57,894 bases of DNA. It comes from Candidatus Omnitrophota bacterium (GTDB taxonomy: Bacteria > Omnitrophota > Gorgyraeia > VGKH01). The notes under the pieces are model-generated. The model did no database searches. It was not told the origin of the DNA and saw nothing but the letters and a program-made list of their open reading frames with translations. Position numbers and translations under genes: made by a program. Positions 53,616 through 57,894 of the stretch are shown here, piece after piece. The stretch is from the NCBI GenBank assembly GCA_016867135.1, contig VGKH01000003.1, forward strand, positions 1 through 57,894, written 5' to 3'. Position 1 is the stretch's first letter. Each line of letters opens with the position of its first letter.

Positions 53616-53996
53616 CTAAACCCTTCTTCTCTTTCTTGAGCGGCAACCATTATGAGGTTGCGGTGTTATATCCCTAACGTTTGTGATTTTTAATCCCGAT
53701 GCCTTAAGGGCTCTAACCGCTGCTTCTCTTCCCGAGCCGGGGCCTCTTACGATGATTTCAACTTCCTCCATACCCATATCCTTGGCTTTCTTTGCTGCGT
53801 CGGCTGCGGCAACCTGGGCGGCAAAAGGAGTAGATTTCTTGGAACCGCTAAAACCTACCATGCCAGGAGAAGACCAAACCAGAGAATTACCTTTTTTATC
53901 AGTAATAGTTACAATAGTATTATTAAATGTGGCGCTTACATGAACTACGCCGCTGGTTACTTTTTGCTGAATTGTTTTTTTCTTTTTTTCTTCCAT
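53616..53996 (-). CDS. rpsK: 30S ribosomal protein S11
   Basis: Contains [17 protein letters not shown] and ..PHNGCR..KRRR. Confidence 0.93.
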   Translation of the reverse strand: MEEKKKKTIQQKVTSGVVHVSATFNNTIVTITDKKGNSLVWSSPGMVGFSGSKKSTPFAAQVAAADAAKKAKDMGMEEVEIIVRGPGSGREAAVRALKASGLKITNVRDITPQPHNGCRSRKRRRV

Positions 53997-54014
53997 AAAA
54001 TATCTTACCTTTCG

Positions 54015-54407
54015 CTAAGCCGCCGCTGGTTTTTCTACCGCAGCTTTCATGATACCGACATTCTTTTTCTTGCCTTTGCGTGTGCGGGCATTGGTTTTAG
54101 TGCGCTGGCCTCTTACAGGAAGCCCTCTTCTATGCCTGCTTCCTCTATAGGAACCGATATCAATCAGTCTTTTTACATTCTGAGCTATTTCTCTTTTTAG
54201 ATCGCCCTCTATTCTGTAATTTTTTTGGACCATGGAAGCAATTCTAGAAATCTCCTCTTCTGATAAATCTTTGGCGCGCTTATTGGGATCGACATTTACA
54301 TCTTTGAGTATCTTGTTAGCAAGAGTGCGTCCTATCCCGTAAAAATAAGTCAAAGATATCTCAATTCGCTTTTCTTTTGGTAAGTCTAAACCTAATATTC
54401 TGGGCAT
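54015..54407 (-). CDS. rpsM: 30S ribosomal protein S13
   Basis: Contains MPRILG.DLP..KR and ..[19 protein letters not shown]. Confidence 0.93.
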   Translation of the reverse strand: MPRILGLDLPKEKRIEISLTYFYGIGRTLANKILKDVNVDPNKRAKDLSEEEISRIASMVQKNYRIEGDLKREIAQNVKRLIDIGSYRGSRHRRGLPVRGQRTKTNARTRKGKKKNVGIMKAAVEKPAAA

Positions 54408-54434
54408 AACCTCTTCACCTTTTAATCTTAAGGA

Positions 54435-54548
54435 TTAACCTTGTTTTTGTTTGTGTTTGGGATTAAAACAGATTACCCTGATAACACCTTTGCGCCTTAT
54501 AATCTTGCATCTATCACAAATTTTCTTAACCGATGATTTTACCTTCAT
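54435..54548 (-). CDS. rpmJ: 50S ribosomal protein L36
   Basis: Below the ORF-track cutoff. My translation is [37 protein letters not shown]. Confidence 0.88.
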   Translation of the reverse strand: MKVKSSVKKICDRCKIIRRKGVIRVICFNPKHKQKQG

Positions 54549-54549
54549 T

Positions 54550-54768
54550 TTATTTACACCTAAAAGTTATCCTTCCCCTGCTTAAGTCGTAAGGGGACAA
54601 TTCCATCTTGACCCTATCGCCCGGTAAAATCCTTATAAAATGCATCCTTATTTTTCCCGAAACGTGAGCCAATACCTTATGGCCATTATCCAGCTCTACG
54701 CGAAACATCGCATTCGGCAAAGACTCTAAAATTGTTCCTTCGACCTCTATCGCTTCTTCTTTAGGCAT
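54550..54768 (-). CDS. infA: Translation initiation factor IF-1
   Basis: 72 aa, S1-like, with ..[24 protein letters not shown]... Confidence 0.93.
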   Translation of the reverse strand: MPKEEAIEVEGTILESLPNAMFRVELDNGHKVLAHVSGKIRMHFIRILPGDRVKMELSPYDLSRGRITFRCK

Positions 54769-54770
54769 AT

Positions 54771-55514
54771 TTATTGCGTTAGAATCTGTGGACCTTTTTC
54801 CGTAATCGCAACAGTGTGCTCAAAGTGCGCTGATGGTTTCCTGTCTTTGGTCACTGCTGTCCAGCCGTTATCTAATATATCAACTTCCCAGGTGCCCATG
54901 TTAACCATAGGTTCTATGGCTATTACCATGCCAGCCTGCAATCTTGGCCCGGTATTGGCCTTGCCGAAATTCGGCACTTCGGGATCCTCATGCATTCTCT
55001 TGCCTATACCGTGGCCCACAAAATCGCGTACGACCGAAAAACCATTTGCCTCAACAAAATTCTGTATGCTATAAGAAATATCAAATAGGCAATTATTGAC
55101 TTTTGCCTTATTAATTCCTAGGTATAGGGCTTTTTTTGTTACATCAATCAGCTTTTTAATCTTACTATTGACTTTACCTAAAGCCATTGTAAAAGCTGTA
55201 TCCGCGAAATATCCGTCGTATTTCAACCCTAGGTCTATGCTTACAATATCTTTGTCCTCTAGGATTCTATCTCCGGGGATACCGTGGACTATCTCCTCGT
55301 TAACCGAAACACACGCATGCGAGGGAAAACCCCTGTATCCTTTGAACGCCGGATATCCGCCCGTCTTTTCAATTAGATCTTTTGCCAGATCATCTATCTC
55401 AGCCGTGGTAATTCCAGGCTTTATTTCTTTTTCCACGCTGTTTACAACTTTTGCTAATTTCTTGCCGGCAACTCTCATCAATTCAATTTCTTCTTTAGTC
55501 TTTAAAATGATCAT
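54771..55514 (-). CDS. map: Type I methionine aminopeptidase
   Basis: Metal-ligand blocks are present (..D.V..D.., ..GHGIG.., ..EP..). Confidence 0.93.
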   Translation of the reverse strand: MIILKTKEEIELMRVAGKKLAKVVNSVEKEIKPGITTAEIDDLAKDLIEKTGGYPAFKGYRGFPSHACVSVNEEIVHGIPGDRILEDKDIVSIDLGLKYDGYFADTAFTMALGKVNSKIKKLIDVTKKALYLGINKAKVNNCLFDISYSIQNFVEANGFSVVRDFVGHGIGKRMHEDPEVPNFGKANTGPRLQAGMVIAIEPMVNMGTWEVDILDNGWTAVTKDRKPSAHFEHTVAITEKGPQILTQ

Positions 55515-56170
55515 AACAACTGTTCGTCCTTAAAAAGCTTCGTCAGGACTTCATAAACTTCCTTAGCCGAGAAATCAGCGTTAATTTTTCTGATTTTTTT
55601 CTGCTTTTCGTAATACTCAACCAAAGGAGAAATTGACTCTTCGTAAACCTTAATGCGATTTTTTATCGTGTCTTCTTTATCGTCTTGCCTTTGATAAAGC
55701 TCTCCGCCACAATGATCGCAAAACATTTCTTTCTTAGGCGGAACATTTTTAATATGAAAATTTTCCCCGCAATTACGGCAAACCAATCTTCCGCTTAGCC
55801 TATCGATGATAACCTTTAAGGTCGAATCAAAATAAAGCACTAAATCGATATCACCGGCCGGGTGATTTTTTAGTATCTCGTCTAGCTTTACCGCCTGAGC
55901 CTTTGTCCTAGGAAATCCGTCAAGGATAAAGCCTTTGTTTGTATCCGGCTTGCTTAATCTTTCTTCTATAATCTTGTTAATTAAATCATCAGGGACAAGC
56001 GCTCCGGATTCCATAATCTTCTTTACTTCAAGCCCGAACTTAGACTCGCTCTTGACTGAATCCCTCAATATATCGCCCGTCGATATATGGGGGAGTTTCA
56101 AACCTTCATTCAACACTTTGGCCTGAGTTCCTTTTCCGGCTCCCGGAGGACCTAAAAGGACTAAGTTCAT
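55511..56170 (-). CDS. adk: Adenylate kinase (zinc-lid type)
   Basis: Contains GPPGAGKGTQ and a lid with C..CG...C..CG. Confidence 0.93.
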   Translation of the reverse strand: MNLVLLGPPGAGKGTQAKVLNEGLKLPHISTGDILRDSVKSESKFGLEVKKIMESGALVPDDLINKIIEERLSKPDTNKGFILDGFPRTKAQAVKLDEILKNHPAGDIDLVLYFDSTLKVIIDRLSGRLVCRNCGENFHIKNVPPKKEMFCDHCGGELYQRQDDKEDTIKNRIKVYEESISPLVEYYEKQKKIRKINADFSAKEVYEVLTKLFKDEQLL

Positions 56171-57513
56171 CGTCTTCCTCGAATTTTACCAGATTTAAGA
56201 AAACCTTCATAATGCCTCATGATAAGATGGGATTCTATCTGTTTCACTGTATCGAGGACAACGCCGACGATGATAAATATGCCTGTTCCGCCAAAGAACG
56301 AAGCAACTAAATACGGGACTTTAAGCCACGCCATAATAAAATCTGGAGATACAGCAATAACGCAAACGAATAATGCCCCGGCTAAAGTTATGCGCGTCAA
56401 TACAAAATCAAGAAAGGTTGCCGTGGGGTTTCCCGGTCTTATACCAGGAATGAAACCGCCATACTTCTTCATATTTTCCGCAACATCTATAGGATTAAAA
56501 ACAATCGCCGTATAAAAATAACAGAAGAAAACGATTAAGACGCCATAAAGAATATAATAAACTGGGCTGCCATGGGTCAATGCCTGGGCAAACCGCTGAA
56601 ATGCAGGATTAGGAATAAAAGAAGCCATGGTCGCCGGAAAAAGGATAATCGACTGCGCAAAGATTATGGCGATGACTCCCGAAGTATCCACCCTTAAAGG
56701 TATATATGTGCTCTGGCCTCCGTAAACTCTCCTGCCGACAACTCTTCTTGCATATTGAACAGGAATCTTGCGTTGCCCTTGAGTAATCATTGTGACCGAT
56801 AAAACTACGCCAAATAATAAAACCAACATAACTAAAAGCGTAAGCGGCTGAATTTGTCTTAAGCCAGGATTATTGGGAGAAAGCAAGACAAAAAGCTCGT
56901 ATAAAGCTGTGGGGATACGCGAGATAATACCAGCGGTAATAATCAAAGAAATTCCCTGCCCTATACCTCTTTCTTGTATCTGTTCTCCCAACCACATAAG
57001 GAATACTGCGCCGCAGGTAAGAGTAACCATGGTCACAAATCTAAAACCTAATCCAGGAAAAGTTACAATGCTTAAACCTTGAAAGACAACCGGATTCTCC
57101 AGCCAAACTGCAATAAAATAAGACTGAATTAAACAAAGCACAACCGTGCCATATCTGGTATATTGATTAATCTTATGATAACCGGCTTTGCCTTCTTTGG
57201 CTAACTTTTCTAACGCAGGTATTACCGCGGTAAGAAGCTGCATTATAATTGAAGCTGATATATATGGCATGATACCTAATGCCATTAGGGTTGCTCTCTC
57301 CATGGCGCCACCGGAGAACATATTCATTATGCCAAAGATCGTTCCGCCTCGCCCAGAAGTTAGACGGGCAAAAAATTCTGCCAGCGCATGAGTATTTATT
57401 CCGGGAATGGGGATAAAACATCCCAATCTGTAAACTACAATCAGCGATAAAGTAATCAGGATACGCTTTTTTAGATCCGGGATTCTAAACGAATTTGCTA
57501 ATGCACTAAGCAT
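56167..57513 (-). CDS. secY: Preprotein translocase subunit SecY
   Basis: 448 aa, 10 TM helices, with conserved ..GIMPYI.ASII.QLL.. and following blocks. Confidence 0.95.
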   Translation of the reverse strand: MLSALANSFRIPDLKKRILITLSLIVVYRLGCFIPIPGINTHALAEFFARLTSGRGGTIFGIMNMFSGGAMERATLMALGIMPYISASIIMQLLTAVIPALEKLAKEGKAGYHKINQYTRYGTVVLCLIQSYFIAVWLENPVVFQGLSIVTFPGLGFRFVTMVTLTCGAVFLMWLGEQIQERGIGQGISLIITAGIISRIPTALYELFVLLSPNNPGLRQIQPLTLLVMLVLLFGVVLSVTMITQGQRKIPVQYARRVVGRRVYGGQSTYIPLRVDTSGVIAIIFAQSIILFPATMASFIPNPAFQRFAQALTHGSPVYYILYGVLIVFFCYFYTAIVFNPIDVAENMKKYGGFIPGIRPGNPTATFLDFVLTRITLAGALFVCVIAVSPDFIMAWLKVPYLVASFFGGTGIFIIVGVVLDTVKQIESHLIMRHYEGFLKSGKIRGRR

Positions 57514-57894
57514 TGATCAACTCTATTTTGCCACCACTGGTTTTGATTTTTCCCTCTGCGCTCTTAGAAAAACTATGTGCCTTGATGTGTAATGGCTTGT
57601 TTATTTCTCCGTCCCCCAAAACCTTAACTAAGCCGCTGGCATTGCGAATCAAGCCTTTTTCTTTAAGTATTTCTGGGGTGATGGGCGTATCTTCTTTAAA
57701 TTTCGATAGGCTCTTTAGATTTACAAGCTGAAACGTCTTTTTGTTAGGAGAAGTAAAGCCTCTTTTGGGAATGCTTTTAATCAGAGGAGACTGCCCGCCT
57801 TCAAAACCCGGGCGCGTCCCGCGTCCGGAACGTGCATTCTGCCCCTTATGGCCTCGGCCTGAAGTCTTGCCGTGTCCTGAGCCAGTGCCTCTTC
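57506..57894 (-). CDS. rplO: 50S ribosomal protein L15; 5' end lies outside the window
   Basis: My minus-strand translation gives ..RGTGSGHGKTSGRGHKGQNARSGRGTRPGFEGGQSPL.. ending ..GGKIELINA. Its stop overlaps the secY start (ATGCTTAG). Confidence 0.85.
   Translation of the reverse strand, partial: RGTGSGHGKTSGRGHKGQNARSGRGTRPGFEGGQSPLIKSIPKRGFTSPNKKTFQLVNLKSLSKFKEDTPITPEILKEKGLIRNASGLVKVLGDGEINKPLHIKAHSFSKSAEGKIKTSGGKIELINA

Overview
This is a 57.9-kb low-GC chromosomal segment from a diderm-type bacterium (lpxB, msbA and lipid A acyltransferase are present), probably an uncultivated lineage. Almost all genes are on the minus strand.

Gene content, left to right:
- Methyl cycle (ahcY, metK).
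- A regulatory PTS set with no permease (ptsI, ptsH, yvcK, ptsN).
- Three tRNAs (Gly, Leu, Lys).
- frr, pyrH, tsf, rpsB.
- msbA, a Gfo/Idh/MocA oxidoreductase and lpxB.
- An accessory island at about 18.3-35.4 kb.
- A B12 module: cobalamin riboswitch, TonB-dependent receptor, membrane protein and cobO.
- Envelope and lipid genes.
- A lipoyl, TCA-like and aconitase-family block interrupted by pilT.
- The distal ribosomal cluster: rplO, secY, adk, map, infA, rpmJ, rpsM, rpsK, rpsD, rpoA, rplQ.

The accessory island holds small Cys-rich and RHH-like genes and lipoproteins. It also holds a TcmP-like plus SplB-like radical-SAM pair, and an IS200/RAYT-type Y1 transposase with flanking REP-like repeats. 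Its largest gene encodes a 2745-aa fused TcB/TcC-RHS toxin, accompanied by immunity and orphan modules. A four-helix-bundle gene cassette and an orphan rSAM/SPASM enzyme complete it.

The most unusual signal is non-coding. Eight copies of a modular quasi-palindromic element (150-245 nt) have conserved termini and linkers, while their stems differ between copies but stay self-complementary. They sit exactly between stop codons and the next Shine-Dalgarno inside core operons, including rpsD-rpoA. In some cases they supply the stop codon and the last codons of the upstream gene.

All calls are from reading the sequence and ORF translations only. No database search or folding program was run. RNA and repeat coordinates are by eye and may be off by a few nt.
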